A program made the position numbers and the translations under genes. Below are positions 21,292-33,877 of a DNA stretch of 64,000 nucleotides, in pieces (position 1 is the first letter of the stretch; each line of letters starts with the position of its first letter). The notes below the pieces were generated by a model. That model did no database searches, was not told where the DNA came from, and saw only the letters and a list, made by a program, of their open reading frames with translations. The stretch lies in the NCBI GenBank assembly GCA_000091205.1, contig AP006494.2. One strand, given 5' to 3'. This DNA comes from Cyanidioschyzon merolae (lineage: Eukaryota).

Positions 21292-24172
21292 CGACCAGCG
21301 CATGTTGGCGTCTTGTCCTCATGAAACGGAGGCATACTCCGAGGCATGCAGACCGGCAGTGGTGCGGGTCGGCGCTCTGGACCCGGGAACCGGCAACGTC
21401 GTCCTGAGCATTGAGCCTCCGTCTACAGACTGATGTCATGAACTGAAGCGGGCACGGTCGGTACTCGTTCGAAACGAGATACTGCAGGATCTGCCACGAG
21501 CACGTGTGAAGCGCTTTTTTCTGGCGCCATCCGAACGATACTCGTTGAGCACATAAGCCGGTGAGTAGTACGCGCCCTAGTTATCTGGAACATGCGTCGT
21601 TCAGCTTGACGAGCTTACGCTGAGGCGCAAGGGCCTGCTTTCGGCGTTGCACTGGTGCGCATCATAAAATGAAGCGCATGCTGCGTTCTTCATCTTTTCG
21701 CACGACGCTTCATCGGAAGCGTGTTGTTGTCATGCGATAACGCATTGCGTAGGTCGAGCGGACGACACTACGCGCGGAGAATGTGGATGATGTCCCGGTG
21801 CTTCGTTGTTTGCGCCTGGAATGCACCACCGGACATCGCTGCTCCGCTGGCACCAGGAGCTCTCGTACAGCACAATGGACACGCTCCCGGGAACCGATTA
21901 TAATCGAGCTATCGGGGATGCTTTGGCAAGTGCAAAACCATGCAGCAATCCATGAAAATCTGTCGCTCGCAGTGATGGAGCCGGGGTCTGCATTCTCAAG
22001 CCAAGACCAGCCTGATCTCTCGTCGTCTTCGTATGCAGATTAGTGCACGGTGTCGCCCGCAAGTGGCTTGGTGACGAGCAGGCCCATTCCTGGACGCCAG
22101 TGCATCAAGGAGTGAAGGATCGGCAGGATCGCGGATCCGTTTGCATTCGATGGCGAAAATGCCTCTCTTTTCGTTTCTTGGTCATCAGAGCAACTTGCCT
22201 GAGCACTGGCGTGTCGGGGATAAACACACAGGAACAACGAATGATGTCATTTCGTAATTGCCTAGCAATTATCCACCACATCCGTACTTGGTGCGATTTA
22301 TAGTGGAATCTAGGCCTGCTGCATTGCTGACTGGTACGCCATTCGTGTCGTACCCTATGCTAGGCTTCTCGTGGCATGTGCGTTTGCCAATGATGTCTTC
22401 ATCAAAAGTCTGTAGCGTTTCAGCCGAATGCCTCCGCGGAGTACGAGACGATTCGTTCGAAACCTGGCTCGATGCATCTTCGCTGAACGCTCCGGAAACA
22501 CGAAACATATCCGGATATTGATGCAGGTGTTCAAGTCTCGGTTCAGATAGCGCTTGCCCGCATTTTCACTGGTACACGAACATCATAGCGAGACTGTGAC
22601 TTTGCACTGCACTGATGGCAGCTGTTCCGTTACCCCACTCGAGACCGTCTCGAGCATGCGTCTCTGTTTCACGCTCTTCTTCCTTACCAGTCAAAGCGCG
22701 CACACTCGTACCCGTGGTGTGTTGTGGTCTTTTTATCGAGTCGTCGAAGGGTGTCACGCAGCATCGACCCCTGCACTTGTCGTCATCGCTCGCGTCGATG
22801 GGCCAGGAGTGCTGCGACTGCGCGCTGAATCATGTCACGTTGCACAGACTGACACAATACAACGCGACTTGTTGATCATTTCTATCTAGAGTTCCTTGAA
22901 AAAGTTGGAGAATGCACGTATCTTGCCTCCAGAGAATCGATGCACTCGTCGACCGGAACGCAGCCACACAGACTCGTGTCAACAATCGTCCGCATCAGCC
23001 GTTTCAACGCTCGTGTCATCTACGGATGAAGCGTTCGAGGAAACTTCCTCTATTCGATACGGTATTCAGAGCGTCGATGAAGGTGTTGACCTGAGTCCAT
23101 GTTAGCCGGGTCCGCTGGTAATATCCAGCCTTCGATCATGCTGACTCCCTCGTCGTGACCCAGATGGACGATGACGGCAATGACGTCTCGGGAGCTTGGA
23201 TCCATGCCCATGACGAACGCTGTCTCTTCATAGACCTTGAACAGGTGAAAATGAGTCGTATTGGTCGACTCTGGCATAGGTTTTATCAAGCCCACGAAGA
23301 CTGATATTGTATCGATCGAGATGGTCCCTGGAAACTTTTCCATTACCTCTAGGTAAACTGAGATATCCCTTGGACACGTTCAGGGGATGCTCTTCGGAAA
23401 AGTTTGTCGAATGCGTTACAGCTGCTCGTAGAGACATTTGTGGCTCGCTGTGGTGCCCATACAGTCCAGTCCATATGTATCTACGGTGATATAATCGACC
23501 ATGTCATGAATTTGAGGGATCAAACACACGAAGCGCTCGTGGAGGCTGAATCCGCTTGGATACGGTGCGGACGTCTGCTTCGCACTCGAGGGCTTTGTTC
23601 AGGAACACAGATTCATAGTGCAGGATGCAAGGAAGATACGCATCACCAGGTTTCAACCAGCGATGACGTACAACGGTCGTCGGTCTCAGCCCGATGGGAA
23701 CTCAATCCGCTTGGACGACGTGCAGCGACACTTGCTCTCGTTCGGAAATCGATTTGGTGCTTGCAACCACATCGCGCTCTTCTGTACTCATAGTCACACA
23801 AAGGATGTCGTCCATCAGTCCCTTGCTTTCAGGGGTCCGTAACGTCTGGGCACGACGACCGCATACTGTGCCTCTTGAAGCGATCGATATTGACCCGCGC
23901 ATGCCTTTGAGGTTTATTCGGTACGTTCGGCAACTGCACAGTAGCTGTTCCGATCGCCGGTATGAAGCAGCGAAGCGGCAAGGTATTCTGAAAAGGCGTG
24001 TGTGCAGACCTCTGACGCTTGGATGAAACCACGTTCCATCTCCTGCACCGAGCATCAACTGGATCGTCGCTAGAGCAATGGATTGGAAACATTGCAGAGG
24101 AATGTGGACAGTCAGTGGCCCTGCTTCCGGAACCCGTACCAACCGCTTGCTTGACGAGATGCGCCAGTACCG

Positions 24173-24544
24173 CTATAGGCAATGTCTCGTCGAACTACGC
24201 TCTTTTCGCTTCGGTGTCATGGAAGCGAACGACTCGTCTATTGATCTGTAAGCGTAACAATACCATTCCACAACAGAGGAGCCGCCTTCCACGGGAGACA
24301 ATAAGGAAGAATACGCTGGTACGAAGAGCAGCTCGATACCAGATTCGGTTGCGCACACCTCGACTGCTTTTGCGCGATCAAAAGCGACAGTGTCCGAAAC
24401 CCGCCCAGAAGCATACCGGAAACAGAAGCCATCCAAGATGACTCCGACGAAGCATGGAGTGTTCAACCACGCTGTCGATTTCGCGATTCCCGGAAAACGA
24501 CACAAAATTATATCGCCGCTAGCGCTGGTGTTTTCGGAATGCAC
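24173..24544 (-). pseudogene. Degenerate DDE_3 (Tc1/mariner-IS630-like) transposase relic
   Basis: IILCRFPGIAKSTAWL...GIELLFVPAYSSLLSPVEG parallels ILxQDNAPxHTAK...ELLFLPPYSPDLNPIE, but the catalytic D/D/E positions are substituted. Only a 123 aa fragment, inside an AT-richer gene-poor island. Confidence 0.4.
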
Positions 24545-25548
24545 GCTTGTTTTCTCTCGCTACGATCATAGTTTTGGAGCGCCCCGGATACCCATATCCA
24601 GGTCTACCGTCCCTGCCGAATCAAGTCTCATCGATTGAGACGAGATCGCGTTCATCCATCCTATCATGCGCGTTCACGTTTCAGAGCGAAATCGATCCAA
24701 CTGCTCTTCAGTGCACGAGGTTTTCCTCTAGAGACGTACGTTTTTCGTTGCCTATGCGCATTGCTTCATCACCAGTCAGATGAACAGCACAGAGACATTA
24801 CATCCCGTAGCGTCTTTGGTACTGCAGCTTAGAGAACATATGGATTGTCACACATTGAAGAAAACACAGGCGTCTAGCGAGAGCTTGATACCTCGTATGC
24901 CAGGTGCTCTACGTCCAGCATAGGACCGACGAGGAGCGCTCTTCGTCCGCCAGTTGACCGGAGAATGACTGACCTTTAGAAACAAGGCCGTTCTTCGTAA
25001 GCTACCAATGACTGCATCAAGTTTCTCAGCGAGCGTTCTCCAATCAAAATGGTGCATTCCTTCTGTTTTGTGTCTGCGAGAAAAACAGACGTGAACGAGC
25101 CTCACGTTCTCGTACTTGCACGCCAGCAGGCTCTGCACAGAGTCCAGCGCTTCTGCAGGCTACCGAACGTGCATGCGTACAGCATCCGAGGCGCTACTCT
25201 GCGGCCACACCAGGCATACGCCGTTCCATCGCCCGTGAACGATCCTGTGGACCAGTCTTGTGCGCGGACACAAGCGGGCGCTGCAGCAGCCCCTGATAGA
25301 TCAAGTCCCGCAACCCCACAGCGGGGCACTCGATACTCCAGTTGATAGCGACTGCAACACGTCAGCGCACTCAAGTCCGCATCGTATCGCGTGCCCCAGC
25401 AGGCAGCGCTGCTTCAAGGTACCAGGGTATTTGGCTCAGGCTGCATTCTCAGGAAAGTCGTCCATCGTCGCTGTGCAGGTGCTGAGCGCCTGCACGGCGA
25501 TGCGACGCCTCCATAGACCGTCGAGCACGCCGCCCAGACTTTCAAGTC

Positions 25549-25569
25549 TGTGTGTGTGTGTGTCTGTGT
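25549..25569. repeat. (TG)n microsatellite immediately upstream of the NDK start
   Basis: tctgtgtgtgtgtgtgtgtctgtg read directly. Confidence 0.85.
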
Positions 25570-25593
25570 TTTGGATTCGTGCTGTTTCTACCC

Positions 25594-26055
25594 ATGGAGG
25601 AGACGACTTTCATCATGATCAAGCCAGATGGCGTACAACGACGTTTGGTGGCACCCATCATAGCGCGTTTTGAGAACCGTGGACTAACGCTTGTTGCGAT
25701 CAAAATGGTGAACACCAGCGAGGCCCTGATCGATCAACACTACGCGGAACTGGTGAATAAACCATTTTATCCAGGGCTGAAGCAGTACATGCTCAGCGGT
25801 CCGGTTATTGCAATGGTTTGGAAAGGTAAAGCTGCTGCGGCGCTGGGTAGGGCGATCGTCGGTGCAACCAACCCGAAGGAGTCTGCACCTGGGACGATCC
25901 GTGGCGACTTTTGCAACGACGTAGGGCGAAACGTCATTCACGCCTCAGATAGCGTGGAGAGTGCGAAAAGGGAGATCGCACTCTGGTTCAAACCTGAAGA
26001 ACTGGTGCACTATGTGCCGTGTGACCTGGGCTGGGTCTACGAGAACGTTTCTTAG
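25594..26055 (+). CDS. NDK: Nucleoside diphosphate kinase
   Basis: [17 protein letters not shown]...[20 protein letters not shown]; classic NDK motifs including the NxxH active-site region. Start taken at MEETTF (25594) rather than the track start 25552. Confidence 0.9.
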   Translation: MEETTFIMIKPDGVQRRLVAPIIARFENRGLTLVAIKMVNTSEALIDQHYAELVNKPFYPGLKQYMLSGPVIAMVWKGKAAAALGRAIVGATNPKESAPGTIRGDFCNDVGRNVIHASDSVESAKREIALWFKPEELVHYVPCDLGWVYENVS

Positions 26056-27473
26056 ACGTGGCTCGGTCTGGGAGCAGCGGCTGCCAGGCTTTTTCGCTGG
26101 CGCTTGTTGCCCGGGCAGGTAAAGGATTAGGTGCGAACCGCTCAAATCCTAGGACAGCACCTGTAGGCTAGTAGAACGTCCACGAATAGCTCGACAAGAT
26201 GGATGTCACGGTTTACGGCACCAGCGTGCGCCAGTCAAAGGAACGGCTGCTTTATGCTGGATACCTGCGTTTGCCCGCAAGAGTGCTGGCGCTCTGAACT
26301 TCATTAGCGTACGTAAACTTGGCGTTTGACAATGCCCATGACGCGTCCGTGAGACCGTGTGCATTGCGTAGGCTCCGCGGACCCCTTGAAACGAACAGTA
26401 TGCAAACTGAACCTGCTCAAAGGAGATCACTCCCTCTCGCCTGGTGCCGGTATCGAATGTGCCGAGGCGCTGCGGCGGTACAAGCGCAGGATACGCTCAC
26501 ACCAGCCATTCTAGGCGTCGACCCGACGCGCTTCGAGGTGTCGCAAAGTCGTATGGTATTCGTACAAGGGCGACGATGTGCTCCATAGTCTGTGGCTCCT
26601 CGAATCGATAAAGCTTGTGCGCTATGAAGGACCTTGAGTCCAGGGCTCGTCCATGGTGCTTGCGTCTAACGAAGACCCAAAGTCGCTTGCATGGTGCAGC
26701 GCTAGCATGCGCGTACCGGAGAAACGCAGTTCGATGCATCGATTCTGAACCATAAAGCACAACGGACAAGCCAGCGTGTGCGTCTGGGACCCAAACTGGG
26801 CGCTCGTTAAGCCCGTGCGATACCATGCAACTTCACGCGCAGGTATCCCGAAGAAAAGCCGGCCCCGAGTTCGAGATTGCAGGACGCGCTCTACGCCCTT
26901 GGCATAGGGGGGCTCGTCATCAGCGCACCATGGAAGGCGGTACCCAGACGACAGACGAGGCTCATTCGCAACGGACGTTCGTATTCGCCGCCACTCGGCT
27001 GCAGCTGTCGTGGTCATTGGCCAGCAAACTAAGGAGTCGCTCACTTTCCTGACCCAGAGGTGTACGGCTCCACCGAAGGCATGGTGCGCTGGTAACCGTC
27101 GCTCGGTTGGCAGCGCACGCTTTTGTGCGAGGCCGCGGTCCCCGGACAAGATGTAGACGCGGAGTTGTGCGGCGACCCGGACGACCCCATAGGAAAAGCG
27201 TGCATACGATGCCCATAGTTTGCGTGCAACAAGTCAAGGCAAAATGTGCTTTTCTTATGCGTGCATCCGAGCGCTGCAGAACGTAAGCGGAGCTCGCACT
27301 CCGCTTGCCTCGCTTCAACCACCAGTCGCCAAGCGCGCTCCGTGCCATAGTGAACTTCCGGGAAAGCAGTGCCCCCGCGTCTGAAGCAGCGCTCGACTCA
27401 AGTAAAACAGTTTCTTGTGCTTGACGCTCCCGCACGCGTTCCTTGCGACGCAGAATCGCCAGATGACGCCCGT

Positions 27474-27782
27474 CTAAAACGGAGCTGGACCGAGGCCGGC
27501 AGCCCAGCGCGCTTCCCCCACGGTGTAGGGTGCCTCGAGTTCCAGAAGCTTCTCTCTTCGTTTGTGTGGTTTCGAGACCGAGTGCTCATCAAGAGCATTC
27601 CTGCTAATAAAGTAACGACTACAGACGACGCAGCGAAACTGACCGAGCCCGGGTAGGTCCCAGTCTGCTTCCGTCTCTGCGGCAAACGGGCCCCGTTCGC
27701 GGAGTTCTTTGTGGATCACGTCCAACTCCGGACCGCGTTCACGTCTTTTCCGAGCTCTTTTATTCGATCTCTGCCGACTCAT
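27474..27782 (-). CDS. ZNF593: ZNF593/Bud20-like C2H2 zinc finger ribosome-biogenesis factor
   Basis: DLPGLGQFRCVVCSRYFISRNALDEHSVSKPHKRREKLLELEAPYTVGEARWAAGLG closely parallels ZNF593 DLPGxGQHYCxxCARYFIDxxALKxHxxxKxHKRRxKxL...EPYxQEEAExAAG. Confidence 0.75.
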   Translation of the reverse strand: MSRQRSNKRARKRRERGPELDVIHKELRERGPFAAETEADWDLPGLGQFRCVVCSRYFISRNALDEHSVSKPHKRREKLLELEAPYTVGEARWAAGLGPAPF

Positions 27783-28034
27783 TCCCCAGATAAAAACGCA
27801 GTCAAGTTGAAAGGATATCGAGTTGCAGCAGGTGCAGACGCCCGGTGAGACAACCCCGCAATCATGGACGCCTCCCGTTGACGTTCGACGACGGCGCGAA
27901 CCGGACCTCTCTTCCTGGGTATATTCCAGGCACGTTCCAGAGGTGGAAAGGTAGGAACACTTGCTTCAGGAGTAGCAAGCGCGTACTCGTGGAAAGCTTT
28001 ACAGACCGCATCCTTCGACGCAGATACGTCCACC

Positions 28035-28820
28035 ATGAGTTCTACCGTGGTTCGGCCCCAGGCTAGCCTCGGAACCCGCGGGGAGACACGTCGCCTCATG
28101 CGGGAAGTTGAGCGAGCAGCTCGTTACGGTGAGCTTCGTCGTTGGCGGAAAGAGTGGGTGACAATCGGTAACGTGCGCTGTTACGCCTGGGTGCACATAA
28201 CTGAGGAGGAAACGACGAAACCCGAAGAAAACGGCTCTGAGCGCGAGACAGCCGACGAACAAGCGTCATCGGAAGCAACACCCATGGACGATAACCCGCA
28301 GGCACGTGCAGCAGAAAGCGTTATGACTGCGAATGTTGCGTATACATCACAAAAACGACACCGAGATATGCTGGAACAGTCCAGTGGCGTCGGTGGCCCT
28401 GCAAGACGCGAGCAGAGTCTCTCGTCGTCGGTGTCGTCTACCGTTGGTGGCGACGTTGATATAGCTGAAACTGGCGAAACCTCTGCCCAGCTGTCCGAAA
28501 GAACTACCACAGGCAACGCTCGGATCGCTGCAGGTGTAGAGGAGCTCAACATTGCTTCAGCACCGGATGCACTGGGATTCGGTTTACGATCCGAGACTGC
28601 AGTTTCCGGCTTCGACGATGCCCACCGGCAGCTGCCCGAACACGTCGCCGCGTCAGTGTCCAGCAGTGGACGCTGCCCACGAGTTTCGAGTCAAAGCGAG
28701 GTGCCGAGTCCTAACTCGCCTGAGATGCACCCAATCGCGGAGATCAAATTCGGAGGTAGTTCTGAATCAGGTGCAAAGGACACTGCGAATGACGAGCCCA
28801 TGCTGCTTGATGGCGAATGA
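28035..28820 (+). CDS. Hypothetical acidic/Ser-rich protein (261 aa), unrecognised
   Basis: ORF only. N-terminal segment RRWRKEWVTIGNVRCYAWVHITEEE, then low-complexity acidic sequence. Confidence 0.3.
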   Translation: MSSTVVRPQASLGTRGETRRLMREVERAARYGELRRWRKEWVTIGNVRCYAWVHITEEETTKPEENGSERETADEQASSEATPMDDNPQARAAESVMTANVAYTSQKRHRDMLEQSSGVGGPARREQSLSSSVSSTVGGDVDIAETGETSAQLSERTTTGNARIAAGVEELNIASAPDALGFGLRSETAVSGFDDAHRQLPEHVAASVSSSGRCPRVSSQSEVPSPNSPEMHPIAEIKFGGSSESGAKDTANDEPMLLDGE

Positions 28821-29606
28821 GAACGCATCGGGTGTAGCGTTTCCCGCTGCGACTGCAATGCAAACCGATACAGCCTGGAGCAAAAGAAGCGACCAGCGAT
28901 AAGCGCCGTGCCTGTGAAGCTGGCGAAGCAATACGAGCATTCAACGAGCCGCGGGCAGTTTCAGCGCATCCTAGAGACGGATACCGCAGAGCACAAGCGG
29001 CAGCAGTGCGAGAACCCTATCGAATGTTGCACCACCTGATGCCCTGGTGCTGGATCCAGAATCCAGCGTGAATCCTGGCGATCACTGGACACTCCATTCA
29101 ACTGTCTGGGCAATGCGCAACCTTCGTAGTGAATCGCAGGGCGCTGTCGACGACAGACCCTACGTGACACTGTGCGGTTCATCTGTGTGTCGGCTCGATG
29201 GAAGGCCAAGGTCACTGGATGCACGACAAGATCCATACGGGCATCTTGTTTTAGATGAGGTCTCTGAAACAACAAATGCTGAAGCATGCTTCTCCGTTCT
29301 CGGAGCGCAAAAGAGGTGGTGATGGTGGTGATGGTGGATCGACCCCTGGGTGATGCTGCATGCGACGTTGGTTTCTTGCTACGCTCTAGCAACGTTCTCA
29401 ACGGTGTGTGATGCTGAATCCAGCGGCGAGCTCTCGGAACAGACAAGCATGGACCCGAGTAAGTCTCCAGCCGATAACCCGTCTCGCGGACTCGTGATGC
29501 CACTGTCAAGCGCGAAACGTTCGCCAAGTGATCACGAATCAAGCTCGGAGACGCGCAGCCTGTCAGCCTACCTGGTATACGCAGACAGGTAACTTGATCC
29601 GATCGC

Positions 29607-31085
29607 TCAGCTTGGAGGAACGAGACAGGCCCGAAACGCCTCTTGAATGGCTTGCCGATCCAAATTGCGTCCAATGAAGACCAATCGATTGATTCGAGGA
29701 TCGGTTCCCCAGGGTTCCGAGGCCATACTCTCGAAGAGCATGTGGACGCCCTGGAATATGAACCGCCGATCCGTTCCAGCGATGCTTAAAATCCCTTTCA
29801 TTCGAAAGATATCCTCGCCGCGCTCGCTGAGAAACCCACCGAGCCATTCGTTCAAACGGTCCACGTCGAGGTCGCCAGGTTCACAGATACCAACGGAGCG
29901 AATTGTATGGTCGTGGACATGCGAAGCATGACCGTTCACTGGTGCTGCCTCTCCGTGATCATCATGGTGATCATGGTGATCATGGTGATCATGGTGATCA
30001 TGGTCGTCCTCAGAAGAGGTCTTTTCCATTGCCAGGAAAAAGGGATCTCGCTCGGTAATTCTTTCCAGATCAAAGGCTCGCATGTTAAGGAGTTCGTCAA
30101 TGGGTACCTCTGCGCGGACGCAGCGGATGATTGGGGCCGTCCTATTCAGTGCGCGCAGCGTTTCTTCGGCTTCTCGGAGTTGAGCCGGCGTCACCAGGTC
30201 GATTTTGTTCAAGAGCAAACGATCCGCAAAGGCGATTTGCTCGACAGTTTCCCGTCGTACCCCATGTCTTGGATCCAGATGCATTGCCAGATGCTTGCCG
30301 TCCACGACGGTGATGACGCCGTCCAGGCGCAGAAAGTCGGCAAGCGTTTCGTCCAGAAAGAACGTCTGGACGACGGGCGTGGGGTCCGCCATTCCCGTCG
30401 TCTCGATGAGAATTCCATCGTACTTTGTACTCCGGGTCAACAAACGACGCAGAATCCGAACAAGGTCGCTCCGAACTGTGCAGCAGAGACAACCGTTATT
30501 CATTTCGAAGATTTCATCTCCGCCCTCTAAGAGGATATGGCTTTTCACGAGCTCATCGTCGATACCGACCTCACCAAACTCGTTTTCAATAACCGCGTAT
30601 CGTTTGCCTTGCTGGTTTGCCAGGATGCGGTTGAGAAGCGTCGACTTCCCGGATCCCAGAAAACCAGTCAGGATGCTGACTGGAATTCTCTGGTCGACAA
30701 ACGCGGTCGAATCAGGACGCTCCTGGTTATCCTGGCTCGCATCCGGTGCTGGAGACGGAGCTGGACTCGACGGCGCTGCAGCACTAGCCCGAATACGTAA
30801 GAGATCGGGGCGTAGCTGCTGGCTAGCCAGCCGTAAAGGTGCTGTCGTGAAAACGCAGTTCCGGGTCCAAAGGAAGCTCCCGTGAAAACCCGTAGGAAGT
30901 GGTTGATACGTCCTACGATGAGCGCTTGTTGTTGCGAAGACAAACATGCTGTTCACGGTGTCTGAGCACTGCAGCAGGAAAACGCCGTTGCTCAAGTGCG
31001 AGACAAAGAACGTATCTGTCGATTCGGGGCGAAGCGCCGGCGGCGGTGTCGTCATCGTCGGAGCGACATCTTCGCAGCGCAACAA
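29607..31085 (-). CDS. CobW/COG0523 G3E GTPase (ZNG1/CBWD-like zinc metallochaperone) with a His-rich insert
   Basis: P-loop ILTGFLGSGKSTLLNRIL, ENEFGEVGIDDEL, CxCC-region CLCCTVRSDL, His-stretch DDHDHHDHHDHHDHHDDHGE, and the CobW C-terminal domain. About 130 aa N-terminal extension before the GTPase core. Confidence 0.85.
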   Translation of the reverse strand: MLRCEDVAPTMTTPPPALRPESTDTFFVSHLSNGVFLLQCSDTVNSMFVFATTSAHRRTYQPLPTGFHGSFLWTRNCVFTTAPLRLASQQLRPDLLRIRASAAAPSSPAPSPAPDASQDNQERPDSTAFVDQRIPVSILTGFLGSGKSTLLNRILANQQGKRYAVIENEFGEVGIDDELVKSHILLEGGDEIFEMNNGCLCCTVRSDLVRILRRLLTRSTKYDGILIETTGMADPTPVVQTFFLDETLADFLRLDGVITVVDGKHLAMHLDPRHGVRRETVEQIAFADRLLLNKIDLVTPAQLREAEETLRALNRTAPIIRCVRAEVPIDELLNMRAFDLERITERDPFFLAMEKTSSEDDHDHHDHHDHHDHHDDHGEAAPVNGHASHVHDHTIRSVGICEPGDLDVDRLNEWLGGFLSERGEDIFRMKGILSIAGTDRRFIFQGVHMLFESMASEPWGTDPRINRLVFIGRNLDRQAIQEAFRACLVPPS

Positions 31086-32620
31086 CGGCAGCGTTTGACG
31101 TCGATCTCGATATCCTTAACCCGGGGACGGGTTTCTCTCGTCGTACACCACAAGTTCAAGAATATTCTGTGTATAGGTTCGAGTACTCGACAGTGGGGGC
31201 GTTATCGCAGATGATCCTGGCAGTCTCGACAGAGATTCATGCTGGTAGATATATTCATATTCGAATAAACCGGAACAGGTCCTCGAACATAGGCATACAC
31301 GCAACTGTTCTTTTTTTCAACTGTTATGATCACCGACCATTGCTGGATATTTCTGCGACTGCTTCCTTATTTTCTCTCTTTTTTTCGCTTCCAATACACT
31401 TGTCTCTTATTTCCCTCTGGCTCATTGGTCGGTAAACGAATGATGTTGACGGAAACGGTACATTCTTGATGACGCTGTTTGCAGCGCTTGTCGATGCAGG
31501 TCAGGCACAGATCGTAGTTGCGACTGACGCATCGCTCGCCAGGTTCATCGTTTTTATGTAAAGATTCAGTGTGCGCTTTGCAGCCGTGCCATTTGAATGT
31601 GGTCAGGTATTTCGGTTTGTTCACCGCACTTCCTCATCCAGAGGCTGCACTGTGGTACGTGAGCGCCTGCACCATCGCTCGGCACATGCGCTTGACGGGC
31701 ACTGAAAGACCCACCGTCATGCGCTCCTCCTTTTCCGCGCCATGTACCGCATCCCACGCTCACGGGCTTCTTCTGGGCGATGCGCTTGGCTCGTTTCCAG
31801 TCTGCTGCACACGCAAGCGAACGATGCACTATTCGATGAAGGATTTGCAGAACGCGATGTCGTCCATGATGAAACAAGTGCCGGTAGACAAATCCAAGCT
31901 GAAGAAAAAAGAGACAAATTTCGATTCGTCTACGGTCCCTTCAAGCAAATCGCTGCAACACCGTCTCATGGAACCGATCGTTACGACGGCTCAAGTCCGA
32001 GTCCAAAACCATGCACCATTCTAACAGGCGAGATGCGAGCCTCTAGGATCATATCAGTGAGACGCATCATGCTGCTGCCGTTAAAAGGCGTTGCGTCGAT
32101 AGCCACACAGAGAAAAAGATTCGCCTTTCAAAGGGAAATTATTCATGGGCATGAACGAGTCCTTGAACTTTCGACATGAGCACGTGAATCAATCGTCAAG
32201 AGACGACGCTCAGTTTTCCATTGGTCCATCCAGAGAATCCAATTGCTGCACACACGAGTTGACTTGGCAAAGAGATATCGAGAACTTGAGGAATGCATGA
32301 TCTTAGCATGGTAGACGTAAGAAACGTAGAAGCTCGAATGCTTGTACGTATGAATTGGATGATCATATCGGTTATTTTACGATGCCTTGTTCGACGACGT
32401 CGTGAATCATCTTGAGCACGGTGACTTGATAAATTCCAGCGGCTCCGAGACGAAGGAGCTTCTCCGAAAACTCCACTGAGCATCCCAAGACTCCGTATGA
32501 AAACCATGGCGCTCACAGCTGCGCTTCGAATGTCGAGTCCGCACGTCTTAAACTAGGCCAGAACAAACTCGAAACGCTGGCGCAGAGCGAGCACTTCAGA
32601 GGGCCATTTTATTCTGATAA

Positions 32621-32634
32621 GTGTGTGTGTGTGT
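32621..32634. repeat. (GT)n microsatellite
   Basis: gtgtgtgtgtgtgt read directly. Confidence 0.8.
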
Positions 32635-33008
32635 TTGTAGCGTATGCACCAATTGCTCTGAGACAGACGGCTCTCCGAGGTTGTCGTGGAAAGCGCGGGT
32701 GGCGACTCCAGTCCGCTTCTCCAGGGGGCATCGCTGCGACCGCGAGCAGCACTGCGAAGCGAGGGTCGCAGCCGGTGTTTGCATCGACAAACGCGAAAGC
32801 TGCGACTCGGCAGCCGCACGCCATGCAACTTGAGTGCTCGCTGATGTGGTGGTGGCGGCGGCGGCGGCAGTCGCTGTCTTGGTGTCGAAGCTAGAACATC
32901 GTTGCCCGCAAACACCAATTTCAATACCAGAAAGATGGACCTGCGTCAGATCAATTGTTTGCAGCTCACCCATGTGGACCAGGCTGATTGGAAACCTCGC
33001 TACCCGAG

Positions 33009-33617
33009 TCACGTCGACGTGCAGCCTGGATCATCGCAAGTATCTGCTAATGCTGCCTCGACAAGCTTACCAAGTCTTTTCTGTTCCCTTTTCAGTAGTT
33101 TCTTCTGCTCTTTCTCGCGCGCTCTAGCTTGCTCCTCTTCATAATCGGCAAGAGCCTTTCGAGCGGTTCGTAGCATGTCCAAGAGCTCTGGCCGTTTGCC
33201 CCTTGTTGCTTCAAGTTGCCGCTCTGCGTCCGCAAACGAGAACCAACGCCTCGGCCGTTCCCTGGACTCTTGCCACAGGGGATCACCGGGTCTGCGTTCC
33301 AGTTCCACGAGCATCAGAAACATAGTATGTTGTTCCCCGCTCCAAGGTCGCCATGTGCCAAGTTTAGCGAGTACTGTACCCTCGACACCGGCTTCCTCGC
33401 GCGTTTCGCGAACCGCAGCTTCTTTGGGGCTCTCTTTTCGCTTCACTCCTCCTTTCGGAAACAGCCACACTCGCGGGTCGTACTTGGAGCGAACCAGCAA
33501 AACCTCATACCGGTCACAGGGTCGCGCACTGGCTCCGGCAACTGGCTCGGCAACAGCGCTCGAAGCCACGGGCCTCGTGGGGACACAGCCCGCGACTTTT
33601 CGCCCTGAGCCGCCCAT
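33009..33617 (-). CDS. Nudix hydrolase, DIPP/Aps1-like (diphosphoinositol/diadenosine polyphosphate phosphohydrolase type)
   Basis: Nudix box GGVKRKESPKEAAVRETREEAGVEG fits Gx5Ex7REUxEExGU and resembles DIPP GGGMEPEEEPxxAAVREVxEEAGVKG. KR-rich C-terminal tail. Confidence 0.8.
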   Translation of the reverse strand: MGGSGRKVAGCVPTRPVASSAVAEPVAGASARPCDRYEVLLVRSKYDPRVWLFPKGGVKRKESPKEAAVRETREEAGVEGTVLAKLGTWRPWSGEQHTMFLMLVELERRPGDPLWQESRERPRRWFSFADAERQLEATRGKRPELLDMLRTARKALADYEEEQARAREKEQKKLLKREQKRLGKLVEAALADTCDDPGCTST

Positions 33618-33877
33618 GTACTAAAAACATTCACTGTTTCGCTTCGAGATTATATGTAAGAAGTACAAACTTCCATGAACGACCAGGGTTTGCAAAGAAA
33701 GCCCTTGCCGAGTGAAGAAGAGTCCCTGGAGTACTCAACAGCGGTGCATACGCATACCAGGGATCGTGTCTGAGCAACGAAACGCTGAGGCGTAGCGGTG
33801 TCGGGATCCCCGACGATTAGCTGGTGGACCTCGCACCGCGCGATGCAATGCCCTCTGGAATGCTCGGTACCCTAAAC

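Noticed and set aside
28961-29674. 237 aa - strand ORF overlapping the 3' end of the CobW gene
   Set aside because: Strongly Arg/Ser-rich with no motifs, and it overlaps a confident gene. Likely spurious at this GC content.
31100-31500. AT-rich stretch with T-runs (tttttttcaactg, tttttttcgcttcc) upstream of the CobW gene start
   Set aside because: Looks like an ordinary promoter or 5' flank. No repeat structure or ORF. Mentioned only as a likely regulatory region.
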